64,000 nucleotides of DNA from Myxococcales bacterium (GTDB taxonomy: Bacteria > Desulfobacterota > Binatia > HRBIN30): contig JBBILD010000010.1 in assembly GCA_037445065.1 (NCBI GenBank), forward strand, positions 87,080-151,079, in the 5' to 3' direction. The notes below the pieces were generated by a model. It was not told the origin of the DNA. It saw only the letters and a list, made by a program, of their open reading frames with translations, and made no database searches. Below, one piece after another: positions 52,649 to 63,426 of the stretch (position 1 is the stretch's first letter; each line of letters starts with the position of its first letter). A program made the translations under genes and the position numbers.

Positions 52649-53296
52649 ATGGAAACGCAAGCACCCCGTTCCCTACCTCGGCTCAACGAGCCTGCGCCGG
52701 ACTTCGAGGCGCTGTCCACGTTCGGCCCGATCAAGCTCTCGGACTTTCGTGGCAAGTGGGTGATCCTTTTCTCGCATCCAGCCGATTTCACTCCGGTGTG
52801 CACCACTGAACTCACCGAGTTCGCCCGCCGGCACGAGGAGTTCAAAAAACTCAATACGCAGCTGATCGGCCTCAGTATCGACAGCATCTATTCGCACTTA
52901 GCTTGGATCCGCAACATGGAGCAGCACTTCGGGGTCAAAATTGACTACCCCTTGATTGCTGACCTCGACATGAAGGTTGCGCAGCTCTACGGCATGATCC
53001 ACCCAGGGGCTAGCTCCACCGCCACGGTACGCTGCGTATTCTTCATTGATGATGAAGGGATCTTGCGGGCCATGATTTACTACCCGCTCACCAACGGGCG
53101 CAGCGTGGACGAAATCCTGCGTGTCCTGCAAGGGCTCCAGCTCAATAAGAGCAAGAACGTGGCTACGCCGGAGGGTTGGAAGCCGGGCGACAAAGTGATC
53201 GTTCCAGCGCCCACAACCTTGCCCGCCGCAGAGGAGCGCGCGAAAGACAAATCGCTCGAAGTCGTTGACTGGTACTTCGCAAAGAAGTCGCTTTAG
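52649..53296 (+). CDS. Peroxiredoxin (Prx6-like)
   Basis: FSHPADFTPVCTTE, ATPEGWKPGD; AAGGAGG RBS. Confidence 0.94.
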   Translation: METQAPRSLPRLNEPAPDFEALSTFGPIKLSDFRGKWVILFSHPADFTPVCTTELTEFARRHEEFKKLNTQLIGLSIDSIYSHLAWIRNMEQHFGVKIDYPLIADLDMKVAQLYGMIHPGASSTATVRCVFFIDDEGILRAMIYYPLTNGRSVDEILRVLQGLQLNKSKNVATPEGWKPGDKVIVPAPTTLPAAEERAKDKSLEVVDWYFAKKSL

Positions 53297-53510
53297 ATCG
53301 CTTTCCGGCGCGCCAGGACAGCTCACTTGTGCTGTTCTGGTGCGCCGGACGTTTCCAGATCGTAGGCACAAGAGTAAGCGCGCGCGCGGCTGTACGCGCT
53401 TGGCGAGTTTGATCTGATCGCAGGCTCAAGAACTGGGTGCGTGTATTGCACAGAGCATTTGTTGCAGCTCTCTCCGTGGCGTACCCGAAAATCGCCTCGC
53501 GAGTGAGCGT

Positions 53511-54491
53511 TCAAGCAACGGCGTGATAGTGCACCCGCCCGCCTCGCTCGAACCGCTCCACCTGCCCCTGTGAGCGCAGATACTCCAGGTGCGCTAGCGC
53601 TTCGAACGTAGCGGGGAATTGGATTTGCAGGGGCGAACGCTCATCGAAGCCCCAGGCCATGGCCGCCACCTCATAGGCGGTCCGCGCTTGGCCGTGAACC
53701 GCGGCCAGCATTTCGCGCAAACGATACTGATGGTGCTGCGAGATTTGCTGAATCCGAGCCTTCAGGTGGGAAAACACCGGGCCGTGCGCTGGAATCACAG
53801 CCGCTACCTCGAGTGATTCCAGCTTGCGCAACGAAGCTAAGTAATCCGCCAGCGGGTTTTGGGGCCCAGCCGGAAAGCGACCAATATGGGGAGTGATTTT
53901 TGGCAGCACGTGGTCTCCGGAGATCAAGATTTTTTGCTTGGGCAGGTAAAAAACACAGTGGCCAGCGGTGTGTCCTGGGGTGGCAATGGTTTCGATCACC
54001 AAGTCCTCGAGTTCGAAGCGCTGCCCGTCAGCCAGCGGTTGGGTCTCCGTCGCCGGCCGGTAGACGGCCGACCAAAACTCACCTACTGCCGGAACGTAGC
54101 CGAAGCGATCGAAGGGGATGCCGTTCGCGCGGAAAAACTCCAACGCTACGGGGCTGTGCTGCCTACGCGTGTAATGTTGCGCAGCCTCCACCTCGGCAGG
54201 ATGCAAAGACACCGGCGCGCCGGTCATCTCGTGTAACGTGGCGGAGGCGCCAAAATGGTCCGGATGGTGATGGGTAACGAGCAACAAACGGATGGCGCTC
54301 GCGGCCACTCCTAACTCGCTCCAAGCGCGCTGTAGGGAGTCCAGGGTTTCAGCGGTAAACATCCCGGTGTCGAACTGCACCCAAGCATCCCCGGCCTTGG
54401 CCAGGGTAACGTGCACGTGGCTGGGGCGCATGGGCAGCGGCAGGGTCAGCATGAAGACCCCGTCGGCCACCTGTTTGGGTGCGAGTTCCAT
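53511..54491 (-). CDS. MBL-fold metallo-hydrolase
   Basis: THHHPDHFG, TPGHTAGH, SGDHVL, PAHG. Confidence 0.88.
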   Translation of the reverse strand: MELAPKQVADGVFMLTLPLPMRPSHVHVTLAKAGDAWVQFDTGMFTAETLDSLQRAWSELGVAASAIRLLLVTHHHPDHFGASATLHEMTGAPVSLHPAEVEAAQHYTRRQHSPVALEFFRANGIPFDRFGYVPAVGEFWSAVYRPATETQPLADGQRFELEDLVIETIATPGHTAGHCVFYLPKQKILISGDHVLPKITPHIGRFPAGPQNPLADYLASLRKLESLEVAAVIPAHGPVFSHLKARIQQISQHHQYRLREMLAAVHGQARTAYEVAAMAWGFDERSPLQIQFPATFEALAHLEYLRSQGQVERFERGGRVHYHAVA

Positions 54492-54546
54492 CGTTCGCTT
54501 TCTCCGCCCTACCCCGCCGCGCGTTGCGCCAGCGACTGCACCCAGA

Positions 54547-54759
54547 TCACTCGTGAATCCGCTCGCTGACCACGAACGAGAGGTCAATGGTTACCTGCCA
54601 CTGGGCCACGGCGCCATTCTCGATGACCCCTCGCACCTCCTTGATGCGGAAGCGGCGGATATTTTGGATTGTGACCGCCGCGCGCGCCACCGCCACATTG
54701 ACCGCTTCTTCGATGCTCGAGCTAGAGGTGGCCGTAAGCTCGATTGTTTTTTCGACCAT
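54547..54759 (-). CDS. Dodecin family protein
   Basis: KTIELTATS...IEEAV, EVRGVIENG...QVTIDLSF. Confidence 0.82.
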   Translation of the reverse strand: MVEKTIELTATSSSSIEEAVNVAVARAAVTIQNIRRFRIKEVRGVIENGAVAQWQVTIDLSFVVSERIHE

Positions 54760-54877
54760 GGTGTTCGCCTCCGCGTGCTGCTCACCTTACGCTGCACGCG
54801 CTGGCCGGACAAGCAGGAAACCGCCGCCGAAGGCAAAGGGTTCACACTTGCTGGGAGCCGAGAGTCAGAAACTCGCT

Positions 54878-56338
54878 TCAGCTCAAGGCCAAGAAGGAGC
54901 GGCGGGCCAGTTCGAACAACGCGGACGGAAACAAACCCAGCAGCAGCGTGCCACTAATCGCGACGACGAGCGTCGCCAGTAGGTAGGGGCGCTCGGCCGC
55001 AGGCAGAACCTGCAGTTCGACCTCGCTCATGTACATTTTCACCAACACGCCCACGTAATAGTAAACCGACACCAAGCTGTTGAGGACGCCGAGCACGGTG
55101 AGCCCTACATAACCGGCCTGAAGGGTGGCGCTGAACAAATAAAACTTGGCCACGAACCCTGCAAACGGGGGGACCCCCGCCAGGGACAGCATGAACACAG
55201 TCATGGCAAAGCCGAGGAACGGGCTACGCAGGCCGACGCCAGCAAAGTCCTCCAGGTTTTCGTTCGGCTGGCCACGCCGGCCCAAAGCGACCACGACCGC
55301 AAACGCTCCCAACGTCATGAGCGTGTACACGACCAAGTAAAAAAGCACGGCGGCCCCGCCCAAGTTGCTCCCCGCAACCATCCCTGCCAGCACGTAGCCG
55401 GCGTGCGCGATACTCGAGTACGCCAGCAACCGCTTGATGTTCCGCTGCACCAAAGCGCTCACGTTTCCTACGGTCATGGTGGCCACCGCCAGCCACCACA
55501 AAACCTCGCGCCAGTCTGCCGCCAGTGGACCCAAGGCGTCGAAAAACACGCGCACAAAGGCGGCAAACCCCGCGGCTTTGATGCCTGCGGCCATGAACGC
55601 AGTTACCGGCGTCGGGGCACCTTCGTACACATCCGGCGCCCAACTATGGAAGGGCGCTGCCGCCACCTTGAAGCCGAAGCCCGCCAGCAACATCGCCGTA
55701 CCCGCGACCAGCAAGAAACGCTGGTCGCCAGAGGCGGAGCGGGCAACGTGCGCGATGTCCGGCAACAGCGTACTGCCGCTAGCCCCGAAGAGCAAAGCGA
55801 CTCCGAACAACAAGAAGGAAGAAGCAAAAGCGCCCAGCAAAAAGTACTTGAGCGCCGCTTCACTGGCACGTACCTGCGTGCGCCAGATGCCGGCCAGCGC
55901 GTAGGCAGCGATGGACATCACCTCCAGGCCGAGGAAAATCACGATCAAATCGGGGCTTGTGGCCATCAGCACCATGCCCAAGGTGGAGAACAGGATCAGC
56001 GTGTAGTAATCGCCGGTGCGAATATCGGTGGTCTCCAGGTAATTCATGGACAGCAAAATCGAGAGGCCAGCACCGAGACAGAACAACATCGTAAAGAACA
56101 GCCCGTAGCGGTCGAGCACGACAACGCCGGCAAGCGTCGTGACTTGCTGCTTCCAAAGCAACAGGCAGCTCAAGACCGTGGCGCCCAGTCCGATCAGACC
56201 GAGCCAACCCAATGCGTCGTAATCCGGGCCTTCGCTCCACAAGTCGGCGAGCAAGACAAGCAATGACGTGCCGAGCAAGAGCAGGATCGGCAGGAGTGCC
56301 AACCAGGAGATTTCCGGGAACACGATCGGACCGGTCAC
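54878..56338 (-). CDS. nuoN: NADH-quinone oxidoreductase subunit N
   Basis: EAALKYFLLG, FKVAAAPFHSWAPDVYEGAP, KRLLAYSSIAH; GTG start overlaps the nuoM stop. Confidence 0.94.
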   Translation of the reverse strand: MTGPIVFPEISWLALLPILLLLGTSLLVLLADLWSEGPDYDALGWLGLIGLGATVLSCLLLWKQQVTTLAGVVVLDRYGLFFTMLFCLGAGLSILLSMNYLETTDIRTGDYYTLILFSTLGMVLMATSPDLIVIFLGLEVMSIAAYALAGIWRTQVRASEAALKYFLLGAFASSFLLFGVALLFGASGSTLLPDIAHVARSASGDQRFLLVAGTAMLLAGFGFKVAAAPFHSWAPDVYEGAPTPVTAFMAAGIKAAGFAAFVRVFFDALGPLAADWREVLWWLAVATMTVGNVSALVQRNIKRLLAYSSIAHAGYVLAGMVAGSNLGGAAVLFYLVVYTLMTLGAFAVVVALGRRGQPNENLEDFAGVGLRSPFLGFAMTVFMLSLAGVPPFAGFVAKFYLFSATLQAGYVGLTVLGVLNSLVSVYYYVGVLVKMYMSEVELQVLPAAERPYLLATLVVAISGTLLLGLFPSALFELARRSFLALS

Positions 56339-57888
56339 TGCTGTCCCTCCCCCCGTGCCGCTACGTGCCCCCGAGCCGGCAGGCTTGGGCGTGCAGACGC
56401 GCTCGCGGTGTGCGCGGGTCGCTTCGCTTCGACGCGTGCCAAGGTCTGCCGCACGGCGGGCTCCATTCGCTCGAAGAACGGCTTCGGATACAGTCCCATG
56501 AGCAAGAAAGCGGCAACCAACGGGGCGAACATGGCGATCTCCCGCCACGACAAATCGTTCAGGGTTTCGTTCTTTGGGTTTTTCAGCGGGCCGAACATCA
56601 CTCGCTGGAACATCCACAACAAGTACACCGCGCCGAGCACCACGCCTGTGGTTCCCAGCACAGCCGCCAGCGGGAAGCGAGCAAAGGATCCCAACAAGAT
56701 CAAAAATTCTCCCACGAACCCGTTCAGTCCGGGCAAGCCTACTGACGACAACACAACAACCAAAAAGATCGCTGCGTACACCGGCAGGCGCGCCCATAGC
56801 CCACCGAACTCGGCAATGAGGCGCGTGTGCCGCCGCTCGTAAATCGCGCCCACGGCCAGGAAGAGCGCTCCTGTGGAGAGCCCGTGATTGAGCATCTGGT
56901 AAATGCTTCCCTGTACCCCTTGTAGGTTCCAGGCCGCCATGCCCAACATGACGAATCCCAGGTGACTCACAGAGCTATAGGCGACCAAGCGCTTGAGGTC
57001 CGGCTGCACCATGCACACCAGCGCTCCGTACACGATTCCCACCACGGCCAGTGCCGCAATCCACGGCATAAATTCGAGCGCGGCCTGAGGAAACATCGGA
57101 AAGGCGAAGCGCAAGAAGCCGTAAGTACCCATTTTGAGCAGGATGCCGGCCAGAATCACCGAACCACCGGTGGGCGCTTCTGTGTGCGCATCCGGGAGCC
57201 AGGTGTGGAGCGGGAACATCGGCACCTTGATGGCAAAAGCCAGTGCAAAGGCGGCAAACAACCACCTCTCGGTTTCGGGCGAGAAGGTCAGTTGCAGCAG
57301 ATGGCTCCACTCGAAGCTGTATTGCCCCACCTGCTGGTGATGGGCGATGGCCAAATAGAGGATTGCCACCAGCATGAGCAGACTTCCGGCCATGGTGTAA
57401 AGCACCAGCTTCAGGGCCGCGTAAATCCGCCGCTCGCCTCCCCAGATGCCCACTAAAAAGTACATGGGCACCAGCATGGCCTCCCAGAAGATGTAAAAGA
57501 GGAAGAGATCTGTGGCCACCAGCGCACCCAGCATGCCGGTCTCCATCACCAGCATGAGAACCAGGTACTCTTTGAGGCGCTTGTGAACATCCCAGGCCTG
57601 CAAGATGACGATCGGCATCAAAAAGGTGGTGAGCAGAACGAGAAAGAGGCTCACGCCATCAATACCGAGCGCGTAGCGGATCCCGAAATCCCGGATCCAC
57701 GGTACGCTTTCCACGAACTGCATGTCGCCGCTGGCGGCGTCGAAGCGCCACAGCAGGACCAGCGACAACGCGAAGGGAATGAAGGAAAACACAAGCGCGC
57801 CACGCCGCAGAGCGGCATGCTGTTCGGGCCGCATAAACAGCAGCATGAGTGCCGCCAGCAAGGGTGAGAAGACAATCGCTGAAAGCAT
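56335..57888 (-). CDS. nuoM: NADH-quinone oxidoreductase subunit M
   Basis: FYIFWEAML, KVPMFPLHTWLPDAHTEAP, GLPGLNGFVGE. Confidence 0.95.
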   Translation of the reverse strand: MLSAIVFSPLLAALMLLFMRPEQHAALRRGALVFSFIPFALSLVLLWRFDAASGDMQFVESVPWIRDFGIRYALGIDGVSLFLVLLTTFLMPIVILQAWDVHKRLKEYLVLMLVMETGMLGALVATDLFLFYIFWEAMLVPMYFLVGIWGGERRIYAALKLVLYTMAGSLLMLVAILYLAIAHHQQVGQYSFEWSHLLQLTFSPETERWLFAAFALAFAIKVPMFPLHTWLPDAHTEAPTGGSVILAGILLKMGTYGFLRFAFPMFPQAALEFMPWIAALAVVGIVYGALVCMVQPDLKRLVAYSSVSHLGFVMLGMAAWNLQGVQGSIYQMLNHGLSTGALFLAVGAIYERRHTRLIAEFGGLWARLPVYAAIFLVVVLSSVGLPGLNGFVGEFLILLGSFARFPLAAVLGTTGVVLGAVYLLWMFQRVMFGPLKNPKNETLNDLSWREIAMFAPLVAAFLLMGLYPKPFFERMEPAVRQTLARVEAKRPAHTASASARPSLPARGHVAARGEGQQ

Positions 57889-57922
57889 CGGCTGGTGTGC
57901 TCCTTATGCGCTTTGCACCCCG

Positions 57923-59866
57923 TCAGTTCCCTTTGCTCAGAAGCCAACCGAGTAGCACGAGCGTGCCCACCAACAGGGAGAGCGCGTAGTGCTGCACGTT
58001 GCCCGTCTGCCAGTGGCGCAGCCAGTGCCCGCTCTGCCGCACCGCCTCGGCGGAGCCATTGACAGCGCCGTCCACCACCAACACATCGAATTGCTTCCAC
58101 AGCCAGTGGGCTGCGCCGAGAACGGGGCGGACGAACAGGTACGAGTACAGCTCGTCCACGTAGTATTTGTGCAAGAGCAGCCGGTAAAGCCCGTGCAAGT
58201 TTTGCGCCAGCGCCTCTGGGAGATCGGGCCGCACGACGTAAAACCAGTACGCGACCGCGATGCCCAGTGCGGCCACCGCTAACGCACTACCCATCAACGC
58301 ATACTCCAACCAGACAGCCGCGTGGTGCTCGCCGTGCCCGACAGCGAACAAGCTCGGCGCGAGAAAGGCACCGAAGCGGTCACCCCATGCCCACATCGGG
58401 GGCAGTCCCACGTAGCCGCCCACTACCGCAAGAACGGCGAGAATGATGAGCGGAACGGTCATGCTCGGCGGGGACTCGTGGATGTGATGGCGCTTCTCAG
58501 GCGTTGCCCGGCACTCCCCAGCAAACACGAGGAAGAACAAACGAAACATGTAAAACGCTGTGAGCCCGGCGGTCACCAAACCCAGCCCCCACAACCACGG
58601 ACTTTTCTCGAAGGCCGCGGCCAGGATCATGTCCTTACTGAAGAACCCCGACAGCCCGGGCACCCCTGCGATGGCCAGGGTGCCAATGAGAAAGGTGATG
58701 TACGTGATCGGCTGGTAGCGGGAGAGGCCGCCCATTTTGCGGATGTCTTGCTCGCCGCCCATCCCGTGGATCACGCTGCCGCTACCGAGAAAGAGCAAGG
58801 CCTTGAAAAACGCGTGGGTCATGAGGTGAAAGATGCCGGCGGAGAACGCGCCCACGCCCACGCCCAAGAACATGTAGCCGAGTTGGCTAACCGTAGAGTA
58901 CGCGAGCACGCGCTTGATATCGGTCTGCACGAGCCCAATCGTGGCAGCGAAAAGCGCAGTGACAGCGCCGATGGTGGCAACCACCTGCATGGCGAAGGGT
59001 GCGGCCAAGTACAAGAAGTGCAGGCGCGCAATCATGTACACGCCGGCGGTGACCATGGTGGCGGCGTGAATCAAGGCGCTCACCGGTGTGGGGCCCGCCA
59101 TCGCGTCCGGCAACCATACGTACAGCGGAATCTGCGCCGACTTCCCGGTGGCCCCAATGAAGAGCAGCAGCGTCGCCCAGCCGATCACCGTGGGTGAAGC
59201 GTGCTCGAGCTGCGCCGCCAGTTCGCGAAACGTCAAACCGCGAGCCCCCTCGCCCAAATGCCAGAACAGCAAAAACAAGCCGATCAGGAACGCTGCGTCA
59301 CCAACACGGTTCACGATAAAAGCCTTTTTTCCCGCCTTGGCGTTTTCCTCGACGTCGTACCAAAACCCGATCAGCAAGTAGGAGCAGAGTCCGACGCCCT
59401 CCCAGCCAACGAACAACAAGGGCAGGCTATCGGCCATCACCAGCACCAGCATCGAGAAGGTAAAGAGGTTCAGATAGGCGAAGTAGCGCGCGTAGCCCGG
59501 GTCGTCGTGCATGTATCCGACCGAGTACACGTGGATCAAAAAGCCCACACCGGTCACGATTAAAATCATGACCGCGGAAAGGGCATCGACTTCGAGGCCA
59601 ATTGCGACCGAGAGTTGGCCCACAGGCAGCCAAGGCCACAGCACCTGTTTGAGAACCGTACCCGGGTCGCCGCTGAACACTTGCCAAAAGGCGTAGGTGG
59701 CAAAACCAAAAGCGCCCCCCACCACACCCGGCCCCACCACACTGACCGCAGTCTTGCCGAGTCGCCGGCCAAGGAACACGTGGAAGAGCGTACCCAGCGC
59801 GGGCAGCGTCAGGATCCACACTAGGAACGGTGCATCGTGCACGATTGTGGGCGCAGCGGAGTGCAT
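57923..59866 (-). CDS. nuoL: NADH-quinone oxidoreductase subunit L
   Basis: GWEGVGLCSY, GKSAQIPLYVWLPDAMAGPTPVSALIHAATM, HAFFKALLFL. Confidence 0.96.
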   Translation of the reverse strand: MHSAAPTIVHDAPFLVWILTLPALGTLFHVFLGRRLGKTAVSVVGPGVVGGAFGFATYAFWQVFSGDPGTVLKQVLWPWLPVGQLSVAIGLEVDALSAVMILIVTGVGFLIHVYSVGYMHDDPGYARYFAYLNLFTFSMLVLVMADSLPLLFVGWEGVGLCSYLLIGFWYDVEENAKAGKKAFIVNRVGDAAFLIGLFLLFWHLGEGARGLTFRELAAQLEHASPTVIGWATLLLFIGATGKSAQIPLYVWLPDAMAGPTPVSALIHAATMVTAGVYMIARLHFLYLAAPFAMQVVATIGAVTALFAATIGLVQTDIKRVLAYSTVSQLGYMFLGVGVGAFSAGIFHLMTHAFFKALLFLGSGSVIHGMGGEQDIRKMGGLSRYQPITYITFLIGTLAIAGVPGLSGFFSKDMILAAAFEKSPWLWGLGLVTAGLTAFYMFRLFFLVFAGECRATPEKRHHIHESPPSMTVPLIILAVLAVVGGYVGLPPMWAWGDRFGAFLAPSLFAVGHGEHHAAVWLEYALMGSALAVAALGIAVAYWFYVVRPDLPEALAQNLHGLYRLLLHKYYVDELYSYLFVRPVLGAAHWLWKQFDVLVVDGAVNGSAEAVRQSGHWLRHWQTGNVQHYALSLLVGTLVLLGWLLSKGN

Positions 59867-59870
59867 GGGT

Positions 59871-60176
59871 TCACCAGCGCAACAGGTTCACTTCATCGGC
59901 GTTCACGGTTTCGCGATGGCGGAACACCGCCAGGATAATGGCTAAGCCCACGGCCGCCTCTGCCGCAGCTACTGTCATCACGAAAAACACCATGACCTGC
60001 CCGTCCATTACGTGCTGCTGCCGTGCCAGGGCAACGAACGCCAAGTTGACGGCATTCAGCATGAGTTCGATCGACATGAACATCACGATCAGATTGCGGC
60101 GGATGAGCACACCGAGCCCCCCGATGGCGAACAACAGCGTCGCGAGTACCAAATACCAGCTCGCCGGAACGGTCAT
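59871..60176 (-). CDS. nuoK: NADH-quinone oxidoreductase subunit K
   Basis: [27 protein letters not shown]. Confidence 0.95.
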   Translation of the reverse strand: MTVPASWYLVLATLLFAIGGLGVLIRRNLIVMFMSIELMLNAVNLAFVALARQQHVMDGQVMVFFVMTVAAAEAAVGLAIILAVFRHRETVNADEVNLLRW

Positions 60177-60682
60177 TTCCCCAGTCTCCGTGCCACCACC
60201 ACAGCTCCGACAATCGCTACCAGCAGCAACACCGAGGTCACCTCGAACGCGAACAAGTGGCGGGTGAACAACCGCTCGGCCAACGCCTCGGTGGAACCAA
60301 ACGCCCCCGCTACGGCACCCTCGACACCCGGCCCTGGAAGAGCAGGCAAGCCCCGCAAGGCAGCGAGGCCAACGGACAACACAAACAACACGCTAAAGGC
60401 AACCGCAATCGCGCGCTGCGCCGGGCGCGCCGCCTCCACCGGCTCCTGCTGGAGGTTGAGAAGCATGATCACGAACAAAAACAGCACCATGATGGCGCCG
60501 GCGTATACGATCACTTGCAGTGCAGCGATCATGTGCGCGTCGAGCTGGAAGAACATTGCCGCCAGCAGGAACAGGGCAACCACGAGCGAAAGTGCCGAGC
60601 GCACTGGGCTTCGCGCCAACACCACCCCGAGCGAGAACAGCACCATCGGGATTGCGAGCAGAAAAAAGACGAGCGGGCTCAT
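60173..60682 (-). CDS. nuoJ: NADH-quinone oxidoreductase subunit J
   Basis: [35 protein letters not shown]. Confidence 0.94.
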   Translation of the reverse strand: MSPLVFFLLAIPMVLFSLGVVLARSPVRSALSLVVALFLLAAMFFQLDAHMIAALQVIVYAGAIMVLFLFVIMLLNLQQEPVEAARPAQRAIAVAFSVLFVLSVGLAALRGLPALPGPGVEGAVAGAFGSTEALAERLFTRHLFAFEVTSVLLLVAIVGAVVVARRLGK

Positions 60683-60686
60683 GGCG

Positions 60687-61778
60687 TTACCCTTGGAGCA
60701 ACAAAAACACGGCCGCAGTTACCAACAAGTTGGCAATGCCTACGGGGAGCAGGACCTTCCATCCGAACCACATGAGCTGGTCGTAACGTAGGCGGGGCAT
60801 GGTCCAGCGCACCAGCACCTGGAACCAGCAGAAAACGAAGACCTTGACCATGTAGGAGCCCACCTGGAGCAAGACCACGAGCAAGTGTGGCAGCTCCACG
60901 GTGGTGCCCCACGGAAAGGCGAAGCCTTGCGAGGTTAGGTACGGAACCTGCCAGCCGCCGAAGAAAAAGGTTGTAAGCAGGGCCGAGACCAAGGCGATTT
61001 CGGCAAAGTCGGTCATGAAAAACATGAGGTATTTGATGCCGGAGTATTCCGTGAAATACCCGGCCACGATCTCCGATTCTCCTTCAGGCAAGTCGAACGG
61101 TGCCCGCTTGCTTTCCGCGATACCGGCGATGAGCAAGAGGGCAAACGCCACCGGCTGATAAAAAATTCCCCAGCCCGGCAGCCATCCGGCAATGTTGTGC
61201 CCTTGCGCCCGCACGATCTCCTGCAGGTCGAGCGAGCCAAAGGTCATGACCACCGCCACGATGGACAGGCCCATCGCCAGCTCGTACGAGATCATTTGCG
61301 CCGAGCCGCGGATTCCTCCCAGCAAGGAGAGGCGGTTGTTGGAGGCCCACCCACCCAGCACCACGCCGTACACGCCCATCGAGGTCATGGCCAGAATGAA
61401 CAGCACCCCCACGTTCAGTTCCACGGCTTGTAAGTTGATCGCGCGCTCCCCAATGCGCAGCCTGTCTCCGAACGGCACGGCCGCAAAAGCCACAATCACA
61501 GGCAGCAAATTCACGCACGGCGCCAGGGTGTGGAGCAGGCGATCCACGCCGCGCGGGATCACGTCTTCCTTAGTCACGAATTTGATCGGATCGGCCAGCA
61601 GTGTGTTCACCAGTCCCGCACCGGCAAACCCAAGGATGGCCGCGCGGTTTGCGCCGATACGATCTTGGATCAATGCGCTGCCCTTGCGCTCCACCCAGCC
61701 CAGGATGCCGGCCAGGTTGAGCAGCATACCGATGGCGATCAGGGCCTTTACGGCGGCAACGAGCAGTTCGATTCCCAC
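60687..61778 (-). CDS. nuoH: NADH-quinone oxidoreductase subunit H
   Basis: ERKGSALIQDRIG, AQMISYE, RAPFDLPEGESE, PRLRYDQLM. Confidence 0.95.
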   Translation of the reverse strand: MGIELLVAAVKALIAIGMLLNLAGILGWVERKGSALIQDRIGANRAAILGFAGAGLVNTLLADPIKFVTKEDVIPRGVDRLLHTLAPCVNLLPVIVAFAAVPFGDRLRIGERAINLQAVELNVGVLFILAMTSMGVYGVVLGGWASNNRLSLLGGIRGSAQMISYELAMGLSIVAVVMTFGSLDLQEIVRAQGHNIAGWLPGWGIFYQPVAFALLLIAGIAESKRAPFDLPEGESEIVAGYFTEYSGIKYLMFFMTDFAEIALVSALLTTFFFGGWQVPYLTSQGFAFPWGTTVELPHLLVVLLQVGSYMVKVFVFCWFQVLVRWTMPRLRYDQLMWFGWKVLLPVGIANLLVTAAVFLLLQG

Positions 61779-61855
61779 GGCGAAACTACCTTATGCGAAA
61801 CGCCCCAGCTGCGAGCACCGGACCTCCACAAGCACTTGCGAGAGAACTGCGCACC

Positions 61856-62212
61856 TCAGTCCCACTCGAGCGCTCCTTTCCGCCAGACATATAGGAGGCC
61901 AATGGCCAGGATCGCCAAGAACACCATCATTTCGATGAAGCCAAACCAGCCGAGGCGTCGGTACAGCACACCCCACGGATACATGAACACCACCTCGACA
62001 TCGAAAATGATGAACAAGATGGCGGTCATGTAAAACTTGACCGAGAAACGGCCCCACGCCGGGCCGCTGGCCGGGTTTCCGCACTCGAACGCGTCGCCCT
62101 TTGCAGGGGTTTCACGACGCGGCCCGAGCAGGCGGCCGAGGTTCACCATGACCCCAACCAGGCCCGCTGCCAACACAAAGGTCACCAAGACCGAAAGCGC
62201 CTGCTCCATCAC
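61856..62212 (-). CDS. nuoA: NADH-quinone oxidoreductase subunit A
   Basis: FECG, FSVKFY..AILFIIFDVEVVFMYPW, KGALEWD. Confidence 0.95.
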   Translation of the reverse strand: MMEQALSVLVTFVLAAGLVGVMVNLGRLLGPRRETPAKGDAFECGNPASGPAWGRFSVKFYMTAILFIIFDVEVVFMYPWGVLYRRLGWFGFIEMMVFLAILAIGLLYVWRKGALEWD

Positions 62213-62269
62213 CTCGACTCTTCACACCGCCCACGCCGCACCGCGACTGAGGGCACGAAAGCGCGCAAG

Positions 62270-62298
62270 CAACTAGGTAAAGCGTGCCTTGGAGTCAA
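62270..62298 (-). promoter_or_regulatory. Possible sigma70 promoter for nuoA
   Basis: Minus strand TTGACT-N17-TAGTTG about 60 bp upstream of nuoA. Confidence 0.4.
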
Positions 62299-62585
62299 GC
62301 CGAGGACCCGGCCCCCCTTGGGTCGCTTCCCACCCGCCCCGATGTACTCAGGGGGCGGCGCAGTACGGCGCTGCCGCCAGACCTCGTCTCGAAGTCGGGG
62401 GCGAGCGCCGACACCATGCCGACACACACCCAAAAAGCACAGCCGCAAAACGCCAATGTTGGGGCACTGGCTGCCCGGACGTTAACTGCTAAAAGCAGCT
62501 CCGTACGAACGGCTCCTTCGTTCAGATTCAGCGGTGCAAAGCACCGTGCCCTGCGAACGAGCCGGGAAGGGAGGGTTCTTTGAGG

Positions 62586-63245
62586 ATGGATTTCACCTGT
62601 GGACACTGCGCATTTGCGCACGGCGCAGTGCGCGCGAGCAGTGGGACCACGCGCCTTGCCCTGTTGCGGAACCATCTCCTAGGGTTGCAGCGGCGCGGGC
62701 TATCGTTCTTGGCGCTAGCCACGTTTTTCGTTGGCCGCGGTCTCAACCGGATCTCTCGCGCGCTGCTTGCGCTGGCCGCTTTGCTCGCCCCAACAAGCGG
62801 TGATGAGCGAGCGGAGGGGGCGTCCAAGGGAGAATCGGAGGGCGCACAGGCTGCGGACGATCTATTCGCGGCGGATGCGATGGAAAGCGCGGAGGAAGAA
62901 GGAGGTGATGAGCAAACTGACGTGGTCGCCTTTCCCGAAGGGATCCTAGGCTCGACCGAGGCGCAGCACATTTTCTTTCAAACCGTGGTCGGGCTTGCAG
63001 TGCAGGGGGTTGTGAGCGGGAAGTTTCAAAGCACCCCGTGGGTGGAAATGTTCGCGCATGAATGTTTTTGCGCGATCCTACCGCGGGTGCTGAAAGCAAT
63101 CGAGGAGATGGAAATGGAAACCACGGAAGATGTCCTCAAGGCAATCCGCGTCGTCACGAACATCGCCTCTTCCGAAGCCTACAACTTCCTGTTGCAAAAA
63201 ACCGCTCTGCTCGCCTCGGGCGACGATCCAGAAGTCGGACATTGA
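62586..63245 (+). CDS. Hypothetical protein
   Basis: 219-aa ORF with GAGG before the ATG; acidic middle part and protein-like helical C-terminal half; start uncertain. Confidence 0.55.
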   Translation: MDFTCGHCAFAHGAVRASSGTTRLALLRNHLLGLQRRGLSFLALATFFVGRGLNRISRALLALAALLAPTSGDERAEGASKGESEGAQAADDLFAADAMESAEEEGGDEQTDVVAFPEGILGSTEAQHIFFQTVVGLAVQGVVSGKFQSTPWVEMFAHECFCAILPRVLKAIEEMEMETTEDVLKAIRVVTNIASSEAYNFLLQKTALLASGDDPEVGH

Positions 63246-63401
63246 GCAGGAGCGTAGGCGAGCCGCGCACCATGACACACGTTACCCACAGCCACCCCAG
63301 CCATGACGCGGCCCTTGTGGCCGTTCCGTGGAGGCCGTTCCGTGGACACCCACTTTGTGATGGCGCCCTCCGACCCCGGCACCGCGCCCTCCGCGGGGTG
63401 T

Positions 63402-63426
63402 GTAGGGGCGGCCCTTGTGGCCGCCC
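63402..63426 (+). repeat. GTAG-family REP-like palindrome
   Basis: GTAG followed by GGGCGGCC-CTTGT-GGCCGCCC; partial second copy at 63308-63323. Confidence 0.65.
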
